Shown: positions 1-14,679, counted from the stretch's first letter. The stretch is DNA of 64,000 bases from Auanema rhodensis (GCA_964057225.1 OZ059894.1:6758001-6822000), one strand, 5' to 3'. Notes: generated from the letters alone by a model not told the origin. A program made the numbers and translations.

Positions 1-1222
1 GAAGGTAGGAAAGGACAGAATTGTTTTTGAGGAGCATCATATGAGTTTTTTTAGTGAGAAACAATATACCTCTCAAGAAATAGAAACAACAAAAAACATC
101 AGAATGTAATTTAATAAGTTGCTCTTTGAATAAGCAACAATCTGAGCAAAAACAGGAGTATGCAAAACTATGTGTAGATATGGATGTATGATGGGATGAA
201 GAGGCTGCATGCAGGAAATAAAAACATTGAGACGCAGCCTAGTGCAATAAAGGAAAGAAACAGCCATATACAGAAAAGGAAAATAAAAGGAGAAATAACG
301 GGAAAAAAGAACTGAAAATGTAATTTGAAGAGCAGCTTTGAAGATGTTTCCACTGTGAAGGACTAGCCTTCAGGCATCAAACAATTGATTAAACATTTTA
401 TTTTCAGTATTCGAAAACTTAAAACGACCTTCAAAAGGAGCAATGCTTGATGGAGGAAGTAAACATAATGCAATCATAACTGTTGTTGTTGAATAAAGAG
501 AAAAGGAACAGAGTAGAAACTGATCATAACCATCTTATTAGAAATAATATAATGAAAATGAGATAGCTCAACCAATCATCACATCTGCGTGAAATGAAAT
601 GATTGAAAACTGCTGTTGACAGAATCCACTTGAAACATGAATATGATAGCATAATATGCTAACGAAACATGAAAAATACCGAAATACCGTTAAATTAAGA
701 TCATAATAACTTTTATTTTTTAGTTGGAAGATGCCGGAATTACAAATGAAATTGATAAGATATAATAACAAATACATATATCATATAGTTTCGAAAAATA
801 TTCCAGCTATATAACCATATTTGAAACAGAAATGTTAAGAAAGTTGTGATGTTTTATAAAAATATCTTTCTTTTTTTGAAATTAGATCAAATATTAGATT
901 TACATCTATAATAAACATTTCCTATTCATCTGCTGAGTCTGAATCAGTAAGTATATGAAACAGTAAGAAGGTAATACATATACAGTACATGATGATACAA
1001 ATAAAAAAAAAATGTTGTTATTACATGGCTTTTGATTCGAAAAATGGTTGATACCAGTCAAAATCATTATAATATCTTATATATATATATATACATATTA
1101 TATATATAAAGAGAGAATATATTCATTATTTGCTTAAACATTGTCGTCTCCATTTCAGAAAAATAATTGGAATTAAATCTGATCTGTCTATATCTCTGTC
1201 TTTTTGTCTTTTTTCTTCCTCC

Positions 1223-1226
<4 letters not shown>

Positions 1227-1260
<34 letters not shown>
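1227..1260. repeat. (CT)n microsatellite
   Basis: Direct reading. Confidence 0.95.
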
Positions 1261-1262
<2 letters not shown>

Positions 1263-4200
1263 AATATCCACCTAGAGAGATATACATATAGAATCATTGA
1301 ATCTACCTTTTGTAGCTATAAGAAGAAACATAACAATGATAAATGTATGGATAAAGAGGAAAAGACTTTGAATATTTTTGTCGTTTGATAAGAATATGTT
1401 TGAGATAATGACATTTTGTATATAATGGATTTGTTCTTGTTTTTTGAACAAAAAACTAATGTGACGTCTAGTCAGGAAGATATTGTGTCTGATCAAAAAA
1501 TGGCTATCTACGTATTATACAAACTACAAAATCTCAAATATACTACGAAACAAGGTATAATGGAGCACTACATCGTCTGAGAATCTATACTCGTATGAAT
1601 GAATAAATTTAAAACTCAAACTTGTTTATAATTCTATTACCTATTCCACGTGAAGTCAAGTTATTCTTCATAAAAATGATTTTTTTATGAAGAAAATATA
1701 AAAAGAAAAATTAGATATGCCTGGTTGAATGATATAGTCAAGTAAGAGAAAAGAGAAATAAGGAAGTTCGAGCTTTTTCGAGAACAGAAGGAACAAATGG
1801 ACATGCTGAAAATGGATAAGTGTGCATTAGTTCTCATAAAACATAATCTATCATCAATATCAATATCAATATCAATATATCAGGAAGATTCAAGCAAAAT
1901 TGGATATTATATTCAACACCCCACAACATAATCGAACGACAGCTGTTATTCTCAAGGTGATGAGCATTGGAGAAACTATCAAGCTGTCCGTAGTGTTGGC
2001 TTTTTCTCAAACTTGCCTTGTGTCATCGTATTCCTGCTTTCTGTCAATTCTCTTCGTTTCTTTCGCACTATCTATTCCCTTTACTCTGTCTCTTTAACTT
2101 TTAGAAGTTTGTAATCCATATCTCTTTCGTTATCTTCCACCCTCTATCTATTGGTTTCATTTTAGTTTCGAAATCCCTTAGATGCATCAGTCTTTCATGG
2201 TTATACACGTCTCATCTCACTCAATAATCTGAGCTCATGCCCTCAAAGTTTACATGCGAATGATGTTAGATGGCAGTTTTTCTTGTTGTAGTTCTTTTTG
2301 TTTCATGTTTTATCAGCTTATTGACTGCAATATCTTCAAAAGATGCTTACATACATACATGTACATCGTTACATCATCATCATCATCTGACACACTGCTT
2401 CAAACCATCAGTCACTTCATTTATCATTAGAAGATCACAAGACTAATATATGATGACAACATAACGTAAGTAAAGTAAACATTCAATTTCTTATCTTCAA
2501 TAGCTGAACAATTTTAAAGTTAATGAGGAAAATAGTTATAAATTCAACTTCCTATGAAATCATAGAAACCACTTCCTATGAAATCAAAGATTAGTTTCCA
2601 GCATTGATAAGTTCTCTCTCCCTATCAGCATACATGTGTTTCTATGTATGTACATATGAATGAGAAGGTGAACAAGACTAAGTTTGCTGCAAGTTCAGGA
2701 AAGCCTACCACCCCAAAAAAAAATATTTCTCAATGTTTGCAAATCTATGATGTGGACTACTATGCATAATGTGCAAGTAATCAAAACTAAAATTTGTTTG
2801 ATTAAATGTCCAATTAGAAGTTAATTATGGGATAAATTGAAAGTATAACATTAGTTAAAATTAACTTTTTCTCAAATATAGGAAAGTTGTGTGAATATCT
2901 AGGCTAAAAAAATATTAAATATGATATAATCTACTCTTAATAAGGAACAGCTGAAGATGAAATTATAGATTTCGTGAATATTATGCATTACCACAATTGA
3001 AACTGAATCATAATATCAGAAAGATGCAATATAAATTGAAGAAAATGATGATGAATGTCACTTCGAGAAACACAAGTAAAAACCTCAACAACTACAACAA
3101 TACGCAGAAATTAATTTTTTTATATTCAACTTTTCGTACTATCTCTGAGCTTTGTGTTATTGCTCTTCTATAAAAAATATTCTAACTTTCGAAGTTATTT
3201 TAACGTTAGATATGAGAAGATCAAGTGCAATTTGTTTTCGAATGAAAAATGAAGAGAAAAACAAGATTAATATGAGTAATAAAGAAAATATATAAAGAAT
3301 ATTTTGATGAAAAATAAATTAAAAAAACTTGAAAATATGTTAAACTGTTATAAAAGTCCCTCTAAAGAGCATACTTTTTATTGGAGGAAAAAAAAGGATA
3401 GAAATCATCTTCGCTGCAATTGTCTTCACAAAATTATTGAAGAGATTGTGACGACACCATGGGGCAGCTGCCTGTTATACACCCAATAAAGGAAAAGCTT
3501 AATTCATTCAACGATGCCTGAGAATATTTTCTTCTCTAGATAACTCACAGAGATCTATTTCTTTCTCATTTTCTAGGCCTATCCGTCTTTTTCCTTAATT
3601 TTAATTTTTATTCAATTTTTTTCTCAAAACGTTAGCATGGCCTTTTGATGTTTTTTTTTCTGGATAAAGAATCATAATTGACCTGATTTATAGAAGTATG
3701 GTCAATTACTCTCTTCGTTTTGCCTGAAATATTGCAGCGATTCCTGAAGATAATTTCACATTTTTCGTTAAAATTCAAAATTCAAAAAACAAAGCCATTA
3801 ATCTTATAGTAATTTAAAATACCGAATACAGCAATAAATTACAGACAACAATAGAGAAAAAAAAATATATATATATAAACAGTTATAAAAAATGTCATTT
3901 TTAGATATGATATATCATCAAATATTATGAAGATAATCCAACTATAATAGATAAGTTTTATAAATAAATAGATTAAATATATATTAATATATTCTCTATT
4001 CAAGATAAAAATAGTATAATTAAAGAAATGTTTCAATATTGGTATAAATATAAATTTGGTAAAAGCTGTTCATATGATTAGGGTATTGAAGAATCTTGTT
4101 GAACGTTTGTACCAAGTTGTTGAGAATAATTAGGGAGCAGAAAGAGCATATTAGTTAAAAGCGAAACTTAAACGATGACATGAAAATGCTCTTTCATCCC

Positions 4201-6823
4201 TTATCTACATAACTTCTTTCACCTTTCTCGAAACATGGCTCATAACTACATTTGCTCAAACTCAAAGTTGAAATATTATAGATGACAATGAGTTAAAAAA
4301 AAAGAAGAAAGAACAAGTATCTCAAATATAAATAGGATATATTGAGAGCAAATGTGGGTCGTTATTTTGGTTTTAGATGTTTTGTAGTTTGTCGTCAACT
4401 TGATTAAAAGGTTGAGAGTGTTGGAATAACAGATGAAAAATAAAATTAAATCGGAATATCACGTTTATCACTAGAATAAAATTGAAAAAAAAAGTTGAAA
4501 AGAATCAGAATAAAAATTAGAAAAAAGAACATGAGAGTAGAAATGAACATGAAAATTATTATTTTATATCATATGCGATTATTTTAATGAATGAACAACA
4601 TATTGATAAATATTTGATTTTTCGAAGAATTATCTCAATGATCTAGAGAGATGAAGACGAATAGTGATGAATAGTGATGAATTACAGATTATTATAATAA
4701 GAAATTAATAAACATCAGTGAAGACAACCGATGAGCACGTACGTAAGCAAGAGAAATGAAATCAACTTTCAATTGAATTTTTACGTGAAACTACGTTATT
4801 CTAATTCAAGAATGCACTGATCAGAGGAAATCATTCAGAAATATTACATTTTAATTTTTTAATTTTCAGAGAAAAAGTGAATTTCAATTAAGAAAATTAA
4901 AGAACTAATGAGAGAAATGAGGTAAATGAAGCAAATGTTATACTATATCATTTGACCATAAAAAGAAAAACGAACTAGAAAAAAAAAGAAAAGAGGGATA
5001 GAAAAAGAGAGAGTAAAAAAGAAGAGAGAGAGAGAGATATCCATAGACAATAGCAGAATAGAGCATACTTTGCCTTGCTTCATTCATTTCTCTTCACAGA
5101 GATATGTGCTTGTATGGTTCCAGCTGAGCTGGTAAGATTTAGAATTTTGCGTCGTCTCTTCAGCTTCATCTTACATATCTCAATCCATCTTTACATTTTC
5201 TAAATAAGAGTAGACAAGACTGGAAATAGATAAACGACTTTAATATGGATTGAAACATATTTAAGCTTATAGTACAATGCCATTTACGTGTATACGTATA
5301 CATACTACATGTATCAATAAAATAGTAAGGCTAATGTTGAAAGATCTTCTTGTAAATAAGAATCATAAATAGATGACAAGATAGATGTTAAAATTGAAAG
5401 AATAAAGTTTTAGCCTCTACAAATAAGGTGAAAACATCCAATTGAACTGATAAATGAAGTCATTCAAGACTCCGGGACTGATCAAAATTGGTTGGGAACC
5501 AAAGTTTCACTTTAAATTCTTCTCAAATTGAATTTTTTCTGCAAGGAACATACCTGTGAAAGTTCTAATCCACCACTTTCTCAGGAGTTACTCGTGTGCG
5601 TGTCGGAAAGATATACACATACATGTACATATGTTGCTGCATATCATACTGATAGGTAACGGAAAAAATATATTTTCACAATATACAAGTGAAGAATATC
5701 TGCAGATGTATGAGAACACTAAATAATTTCAGTTTCTATTTATAAATTTATTTTTCAATAATCAAAATCAAAATACAACTATAATTATAATACAAATGTC
5801 ATAGTAAAGAAAGAGTTCTTGTTTAAATTAATAAAAAAACCAATTAAAAACTGTTTGTTATGCTTAAAATACTTGAAAATGCTCTTCCTAATGATTATTT
5901 TTAGAAAAATATAAAGGTTAATTCGAAATTATGTTGAGCCAGAAGTCTCGTAGCATAATAAAACAATAAATTTTTTTTAAAGCAAAAATCGGTAAATTTA
6001 GTTTTTGATTCTTAGTTAATCAGTACTAAAGCCGAGCAAACAAACTAGGGAGAACATTTCATTCGAACGAAGTATTTCATAAAAGCACAGATATTTTCCA
6101 GACAAACTCCAATTTCAACAATTCTTCTTGTTTTTTTAATCTTTTTTTTGCGAATTTTGTTTACAAGGTACATGGAATAATTAGGATTCGAGATATTTCA
6201 CTACAAGCTAGGTTTCAAATCCTTAAGAAGAAGCAGAAAAAAAGAAAAGAATGAAGATATTGAAATTGTAGAGAATTATTTGTCAAAAATTGCAAAAATT
6301 AAAATTAGTTGAAAACAATACACTAGCAGATGAAGTTTCTAAATTAAGTAAAGAATACTCTCAGAGTATTGTGAAAAAACGGATGTATTGGTAAGACTAT
6401 TGAGAAGTGTGGCTCATGAATTCGCGATTTCATGACAATAAGATGGTTCGATTGAACGAAGTATAGATCACTGAAGTAGAAAGAGGATTCTCGGAGTATA
6501 AAAGGCATAAATCACATATAGAATGAGACAATAAAACATTTCTCACGTGGTTGAATATAGAAAACGAACGACATGCATATTTGATGACATCAGAAGACCT
6601 TCGGCTAAACGAATGAGGCATTTGGACTAGATGCTAGAAGATTGGAAAGCATTCTGGAAGTAGACAAGTCCGACAGAGACGGAGCAAGCAATAATGGAGG
6701 AAGATGTAAAAGGAAATAGGAATGAAGTCATCTAAATTTTACTCCAGCAAGCCACGGAGCCTTGGTTTGTTCCCAGTCCTGTGAGGTCTCTGTGTTTTGG
6801 ATATGTGCCTGTGCTTGAGCATG

Positions 6824-6845
6824 CGTGTGTGTATGCATGTGTGTG

Positions 6846-6882
<37 letters not shown>
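6824..6882. repeat. (GT)n microsatellite, imperfect at 5' end
   Basis: Direct reading. Confidence 0.95.
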
Positions 6883-6885
<3 letters not shown>

Positions 6886-7028
6886 ATGTACAATAAAATC
6901 AACAGAATGCTCTTCGAATGAACAAAGGCTGTTTGGGACTTATCTTCGAAATTACAAGCCAATAGGAAGCATGTATATGTATATTATGAGTAATCTCCTT
7001 CCTTCCATTCTTGTTTCCTGCTTCACAC

Positions 7029-7031
<3 letters not shown>

Positions 7032-7079
<48 letters not shown>
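7032..7079. repeat. (CT)n microsatellite
   Basis: Direct reading. Confidence 0.95.
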
Positions 7080-9489
7080 GTTCAAGAAAAAAACATTTAG
7101 TTGCCATACGTCTGTGATACAGCTGACTATGGAAGTATTGAACGTTCTCATACAGTTATTAAGATTAATTAACATATTTTAAGAAAGTTTAAAACATAAC
7201 AAAGTATTTAACGAGTTATATATAGAGGATCAGGCTGACTATTCGAGTAACGACGTCCAGATAATTGGTGCGGGATAGCAAATCTCTAGCTCTCATGGGA
7301 AAAGAATAGAACCTTCAGAAATTCATGACTAATTGAATTTATCAAAATTCTGAGAATATAATGTCTTAAATATCCAGAATGATTAAGGACATCTTTGGTT
7401 TTATAAAGGACAAACATATACTTAGAGCTTAGAAAAGCGACAATGATATTAGACCTAAGACTAAGCTTTAGGTAACTGAGATAATTGAACGCAAAAGCAT
7501 GATGTACGAGAGAAGAAATACATTTATTTCTGTTACGAACTGAGGAAGGAAGCAATAAAGTTGAAAATTGAAAAAAACCATACGGAATTCTCTTATAGCA
7601 AAAAAATTTGCATCCCATTACATTAGATGGCAAGAGCATAACGGAATAGTAGTTGATCCAGCAATTTGAAGAGAAACATCGAATTATTTGTTTCGTATGC
7701 TTAGTAATGATATGTTTGGATAACAAGATATGAAAATGTATTAGTTAAAATCCAGAAAGATGAAATGGATAACTGAAGCTGACGATACTAGTGATGAAGA
7801 TGTAAGCACAATAATGGATTGTTGAATGATATTTATGTTGTTCTATGTGTCTTCTTTACAGTTAAAGTTGAGTCATTCATAGAAAATGACATGTAAGCAT
7901 CTTTGACCAGCATGAATATCATACACCACACTCATATACATTCATCTAATATGAACTCATATATGACATTTTCATAAAACTAACTGTACCAAAACTGAAC
8001 TAGTAGTTTGATCATCATATATGAATTCAAAATGAGCTTGATCTTTAAGGCGGTATGAATTGAATTTGCAATTTTGGAAGAACATTGAAACACAATGTCT
8101 ACAGTATTCACACGCTCAGAAATATTTGGACGTTGTATAGATTGCGTAGTAGTTTTGTGGAATGTATTCCAAATCCAGCAGAGCTACTAATCGACAGATA
8201 TGCCAACTAATTAATTTGAAAAAAAAAATCCGCTTGGACCACTGAATTTATTCTAATAGAATGATGTTTTTTTTCTGAATATGCCATCAAATTTGTGAGA
8301 GTACAAATCAATAAATGAACTTGTGATTTAATAGTTTTCGTTCTATAATAATAATAAAATATTTTGATTTTATATAAAATATAAATAATAATTTAGTATA
8401 TTTTTAGAAATAATATGGTTGTATTATTTATAAATAGATATACGTACGTTAAAAATAATAATAACTAGATTTGTATTTCAAGAAAAAGTTATAAAATCAT
8501 CACATGTTTCTTGGATTAATCAGGTGTTTTAATGATCAAATCAGCTGTTTCATTCAGATTTTTCATCTGTAATCTTGTAACATTCTACGAAGTTCCAATG
8601 AGGAACTTGTTCAAGCTGATCTTAAAACTTTTTATTATCTAATATAGAATATGATAATTTAACAACTAAATGCAGAAAACTATATTCAGGCAATATTATA
8701 TAAACATATATTGAATTTTATAAAAATATATACATGAAGTTATAGTATTATGCTAGTTTTCTAGGGTCCTTAGAGTATATTTAAGTTAATATTATTGTCC
8801 AAGAAAAGTTGTCAGGGGTGTGAAGAATTTTGATCAAATTTCAGGGGGTTGAATGAAAAAAATTGTCATTATAACGATCAAATAAACTGATTAACTCATG
8901 TATTATGCGTAACAATAATGATGAAATACATTTTCAATTCAATTAATTTGCAGTTGTTTCTCAAAAAAATTTTTTTTTCACATACCTTAAGGAATACATT
9001 AACGTTCTCCGAAGATTTCATATACTTCAGTCATTTTTTTGTTTCTGCCCTTTTTCTTACAAGACAACATAACTCAATAAACTCAGTGCGACCGACAATC
9101 CTTTTCTCTGAAAGAAAAACGCAAAATAAATAAGCTGCAAGCAAGTTTTTGATTGGTCAAAGCAAAAAAAAAATAAGGAAGAAAATATAGGATTTTGAAA
9201 AATCTAAAAGTTAAATTCGAAGTATGTTTCGAAGATGACTGTCCTTTTTCAAAGCTGTATTTTGATTATTCATTTCAGACATGTTAACGATAATCGCTTT
9301 TTGAAGTTCAGCAAAATTTGGAATGCGACCGAGTAAAGCAAAACTGGAATTGAAAATGAATTTTAGCGTGAAAGTCATTGCGAACGATATTGACACGTGT
9401 TTTTCAAGCCCAAAGAACCAATTGCATTTAACATAAATAGTTTAAACATTTACTAAAAGTTTCAAGACAGCAAAGGGATAAACAATCAA

Positions 9490-10038
9490 TCAGAGTGCTT
9501 CTGGTGCTTTAGTAACCATTTCCTTTTCCCAGTTTTGTCCATCAAAATGAGATAGATCTAGTTGAGCAATAGTGTCTGAGTCAATACAGTGTGGCATTAC
9601 AGCTTAAACATAATATATTAAATTAATTTGAATATAATTAAATAATTTAAATAACATACCAACATCATTGGGATTTGATCTTGGGATATAGAAACTTTGA
9701 ACTCCACAAACTTTACAAAAACGATGTTGAGCTTGGTGAGTGTTGAAGGTATAGGTGGTTATTGAATCTTCTCCCTGAAATTCAATAACAAAATAAATAA
9801 TAATATGCTGATAATCAAACTTGAAGTAATGTAAATCGACTTTTCGAAATGATTACATGATTATTACTCTTCTTCTTACATATAGAGCAACTGCAAACAT
9901 CAAATTTTTAATTATAAACTTAAGAAGACAAACAACTTACTTGCATTCAATGCATTTCAGATGACGAGGTGCGATAAACTTCCATTTAACTGCTCCACAA
10001 TGACATGAACCAAAATGTTCCACTTCATCTGCTGACAT
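9490..10038 (-). CDS. CENP-V / GFA (glutathione-dependent formaldehyde-activating, Mss4-like) family protein, ~131 aa, 4 exons
   Basis: Exons 10038-9941, 9890-9821, 9774-9660, 9602-9490 splice in frame: MSADEVEHFGSCHCGAVKWKF...CIECNCSICKKK...YTFNTHQAQHRFCKVCGVQSFYIPRSNP...FDGQNWEK. The GxCHCG, CNCSIC and HxFCxxCG zinc motifs are diagnostic. Not in the ORF track. Confidence 0.93.
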
Positions 10039-10610
10039 TTGTGCTTGTACTCTCCAAATATATCAATTGAAATAATATTTCTTCCTCCGTATTATGCCAT
10101 CCTCCCCTCCAAACGTAAAATGATGACAAATCAAAAATCGATTGATAAGTAGCGACTACTGAGCACTTTCTATTTCGATTATACGTATATAAATTCAAAT
10201 TCAAAAATAGTTTAAACAAGATAATCGTGCTTTAAATATTTTCTAAAAATTTGAAACAAGTTGGCAGAAAAGAAGGTGAGTGACCGGTTCTGTGAAGCTT
10301 GAGAAAAAAAAGAAATGCATGTCAAACAATCTCCGGATATGCTCATAAAATAAAAAGTTTGTGATTTTTCTTTCATACTATACCCACAAAATCTAAAATG
10401 ATAGTGAAATGAAGATGCAACACCGTTAAAGTGATACTTCATCAGATAGTTCATCAGGTTGAAAGTCATAAAACAAACGAAAAAAAAATTCTGTACTCTC
10501 GTTTATGTCTGTCATTTTCACATTTAACATGTTCATAAAAGTGTCAATACAATAAAATGCTATTCGACCTAGATCTATTTGAATGCTGTTTCCTAATTAA
10601 ATTGCATGTC

Positions 10611-10620
10611 CATATAAAGG
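10611..10620 (+). promoter_or_regulatory. Candidate TATA box of the collagen gene
   Basis: CATATAAAGG, ~115 nt upstream of the collagen ATG; resembles the nematode TATAWAAG core promoter element. Confidence 0.5.
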
Positions 10621-10732
10621 CTAAAAATTTTCTATACAAGAGATCCAGAATAGCTTTTTTCTGATTTTAACCTACGATTGCTGTTTTCATTCTCTATTTT
10701 ACTCTGACTTATTTTGGAGCAGAACTAATAGG

Positions 10733-12079
10733 ATGAGCAGAACTATTGTAATTCTGGCAATAAGTGCTTCATCCTTAACATTACTGGCTTCTTTATTCAT
10801 TTCTTGTATTATATCTAATGAAGTGAATTCACTATGGGTTGAATTAGATAATGAATTATTAAGTTTGAAAGTAAGTTTTCTTGTTGTATTTCATTGCTAG
10901 TTAATTTACTCAGGAAGAGACTGATGATATTTGGAAATCCGTAATTGAATTAGGAAAAGAGGAGAAGTTCCTGAGGCGCTTACGTAGACAAATTGAAAAA
11001 ACTAGTATAGAGATTAGTGAAAAACAACAGCATTCTGATACTGATGCACTCAATGATCCTCATCTACAGCAAGATCTATGCTGTACGTATTTAGTTCTAT
11101 ACTCAAGACTAAAAATGTTTGCTTCAGCTTGTTCACAGACAAATCTATGTCCTCCAGGACCTCCTGGAAAACAAGGAGCCCAAGGAGCAGATGGTGTAAA
11201 CGGCATCGATGGTTATGATGGTTATGACGGATTCGATGCACATGTAATGCCTTCAGCGGTCAGTAGTATATCCGTTCTTTCTTGTGAATGTCATTCATGT
11301 TCTTATAAGTGCATTTGGTTACTCTTTCAGGGACCATCCAAAACTTGCTTCCGTTGCCCACCAGGAATTCCTGGTGAAGCTGGACCTGAAGGACCTCGTG
11401 GTAAACGAGGAATGCGAGGTGGCCGAGGTTTACCAGGAACTCCGGGAACCCCAGGACAACCAGGATGGCCAGGAGATATTGGTACACCCGGTAATTACAA
11501 AATTTGAATATTTAGTGTATAAGTTTTATATATAGGAATAGTTGGACCTGATGGAAAAGCCGGAGAGCGCGGTCCAAACGGATTCGATGGAGTAAAGTAT
11601 ATAGCTAGACCAGGAGTCAAGGTATTTAGTTTTGCTGAGTTTGATTCAATTATTACGTGATAGGGAGCCTTCGGAGAGCCAGGTCCAGAAGGACAACCTG
11701 GACTACGTGGAGCCCAAGGAGTACAAGGTTGGCATTCAAATATTTTGAGCTTAAATACAGAAAAGGCTGTTTGTTTATAAATTATTTATACTGCAGGACC
11801 ACCAGGCAAACAGGGATATCTAGGACTTGGTGGTTTACCAGGAACTAACGGCCCTGAAGGACATCCGGGTCCAGCTGGAATTACCGGAAGAAAAGGAGAA
11901 GATGCATTGGCAAGTTGAAAGCTTTTATTTGGGGGAAAACAAATCTGTAGACAACAATGATTTTTTTTTATTTTTAGTATTGCTCGTGTCCAGAACGGGA
12001 CGATTATGCTGAGATTCAAGGATCTGGTGGTGTTCCTGATCAAAACAAAGAGCTTGTTACAGTGGCATATGAGAAATAG
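10733..12079 (+). CDS. Cuticle collagen (N-terminal anchor, RxxR furin site, interrupted Gly-X-Y blocks), 8 exons
   Basis: MSRTIVILAISASSLTLLASLF...RRLRR...LCSCSQTNLCPPGPPG...CFRCPPG...(G-X-Y)n...DALYCSCPER...YEK*. Donors at 10871, 11083, 11259, 11491, 11622, 11728 and 11910 (GC); stop TAG 12077-12079. Confidence 0.96.
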
Positions 12080-12122
12080 TTTTCTATTTTCAAATGATTA
12101 ATAACTAACTAAATAATAAAAG

Positions 12123-13850
12123 TTATAAAGAAATTTGATCTATGTCTTCTTCTGGATATACTTCTCGAAGTAAAACTGAAAACGATCTTGAAAGAATAGG
12201 TGAATAATCAGTCCATCTGGCATTCTTCTCATATGTCAAAACATCGAAGATCTGTAAATTGAATAAATTAGATTCTGCTTTCAATATAAACTACGTACAG
12301 CACGACGTCCGCCTTCCAAGTATGAGCATCGTTCTGGGAAAATATCCCAAATATCCATCTAAAAAATGATTAATAAGTTCAAAATATGTGTTACTATGTT
12401 ATAGAATAACATAAACATGATGTAGATTAATGTGTTTTTTTACCTGTTGAGTACAATTTGATTGTCCTCCAACAACTGTCATTTCATATTGAACACCATT
12501 GACAACATTAGCAGAACCTTTAAGAATCTAAAAGTTATAATTAGATTGGAAAAATATTTTTAGCAGAACATACTCTTAGAGGGATCCACCAATTTCCACC
12601 GTCGATGCGACCATTAATATCTTCTTGGAATGCTTTCCATGCCACAACCTAAATAGAATCTTATATTGGAAAGACAATGTTGTCATCACCTTGGCTCTCA
12701 TGGATGTAATGTCGAAGTAGATATCTGAGTATGATCCAGCACTCAACAATGCTTCTTCGGTTGTGGATGAAGGAATGTATGCTAATGTAGTTGTTGTTGG
12801 TCCTTCAGTAGTTGTTGTAGCTTCAGTGGTTGTTGTAGCTTCTGTGGTTGTCGTAGCTTCAGTAGTTGTAGTAGCCTCTGGGGTTGTGGTGGCTTCGGTC
12901 GTAGTTGAAGTTTCCATAGTTGTTGTAGATTCTGCAGTTGTTACATCTTCAACGGTTGTTGTAGCTTCTGTCGTTGTCCATGGCTCAACATCATTCGATA
13001 ATGCTGATTCAGAAGTAGCTAAGTTAAAGGTGTTGGCTTCTTCGACTAGTTCATTCTGAGTAGATGTTTCAACGTCCAGGGATTCAGCCAAGGTTTTGAT
13101 GGTTGAAATAGCTTCATCGGTACTTCTTGTAAGTTCTTCGTCTTGTTTGGCAGAAAAAAGTGATGAACTGGGTGTGATAGCGTCTACTGCTTCTATGTGA
13201 ACATCCTGGACTGATGGAACGGAATCAACAGACACAGCAGATTCTGTGGTTTCACTAATGTTGTCAACTACAGGTGATTGTGTTGATAGGTCAGATGATA
13301 TCTCTGTATTAATCATTACGGTTCCAGAAGAGTCCACGTCGTTACTTAAAACCTTAGCATCGCCAACCAAACCGGCATCACCCATTGTGCCTGTGTTCTC
13401 AACAGTTGGAAGAGCAATGCCTGAACTAACTTCAGAACTATCAACATCATCGCGAGCTTCAAGTTCAGAATCTTCCATAATTTCTTCAAGAACAGAATGA
13501 GAATTAGCAACAGCATCTTGAGTATTATTTGAAATAGCAGTATCCGTAACTTGAGAAATAGTAACCGAGGGTAAGCTATCATTCACAAGAATTAAAGTTT
13601 CAATTTTTGGTAAAAGAATAGCTGATTCAATTTCCGAGAGAACATTTTCTGAAAATAAGAATCAGACAGTAATAATAGTGAAGTTGCTAGGAAAAAGATG
13701 AATTAGCTTACCCGTTTCTAAGGTTCTTGTGAGGTTTTCATTCACTTCATCATTCAAATCCAAGCTGGATTGAGTTGTTAGCATCTCATCATCAGCTAGT
13801 ACATTGTTAAAACGGATGAACAGGATCAGAATCAATGCTTGTATCCTCAT
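12123..13850 (-). CDS. Secreted protein with long acidic Ser/Thr-rich (mucin-like) region and C-terminal cystatin-like domain, 6 exons
   Basis: Exons 13850-13712, 13648-12690, 12648-12574, 12527-12444, 12358-12299, 12251-12123. Signal peptide MRIQALILILFIRFNNVLA; TTTTEA repeats; C-terminus VVAWKAFQEDIN...WIPLRILKGSANVVNGVQYEMTVVGGQSNC...C...IFDV follows the cystatin helix / QxVxG hairpin / Cys pattern, with NVVNG replacing QVVAG. Confidence 0.85.
12786..12980 (-). repeat. Coding tandem repeat, ~18-bp unit encoding TTTTEA
   Basis: Recurrent gttgttgtagcttcagt-like units on the + strand; translation TTTEATTTPEATTTTEATTTTEA... Confidence 0.9.
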
Positions 13851-14679
13851 TATAAATTCTTAAAATGAATAAAAATTGAACATAATGAATAAATTAATGT
13901 AAACTCATTGAAGATATAAAATAAAACAGCATTAAAGCTTTAAAGCATGTCGTTATAAGCGTTAATGACAGAATGAAGTCAGGTTACACGTCGACAACTT
14001 AAGCATCCTAAACACTTTTTATCTTCTGTAACGGTTGTTCATATTGTTTGGTGGAACCGTACTTGTCTTATATCTGATATCATGTTTTTATATTCACAAT
14101 ATTTCATTGCAAATTCAGTTACGATTACATTTTGTGTGAAGAAAATGATTTTCCATCTTTTTCATCAAATTACAATTTTCTTATTCATCACCTCTTTACT
14201 TATAATAATATAAATATTTCTCTATTTATACATGAAAATCATGAATATTTCAATATAACAATCAACATAATTATCCTTTTTCACAACATAAATTACATAT
14301 TTTACATATAAAATCATAAAAATATTTTATATTAAATTTTAAAAATTTGCATAATCAGTTGATCTTTGAAAGCTTGTCTTCGACTTTTTTTTATTCCTTT
14401 TTTTCTTTTTTTCATAGAAATATTTTTGGAAAAAACACTTTTATTGTAAAGAAAAATGTATTTCAGATTAACAGTTGTTATTTTTTGAAATATATTTAAA
14501 GCAAACAAAAGAAATAATCATTCTATTACAGAGTTGACATATAATAAAAGTTTTTATTTCGGTTTTCATTGTTACATTCTAATTGTATTTCTTTAAATTA
14601 AGTAAATGATTGAAAATGAAAATGATTTATTGTACAAGTAAGTATTCTTTACGTTCTTTACAGTTATTAAAGATTCGAT

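Noticed and set aside
2547-2586. 16-bp direct repeat ACTTCCTATGAAATCA with an 8-nt spacer
   Set aside because: Only two copies; simple local duplication, not an array.
7286-7726. 146-aa minus-strand ORF, and similar Phe/Leu/Ile-rich ORFs such as 32115-32528 and 48421-48843
   Set aside because: Composition expected of AT-rich non-coding DNA; no domains or splice support.
12763-13500. Val-rich + strand ORFs
   Set aside because: Antisense shadows of the Thr-rich repeat exon.
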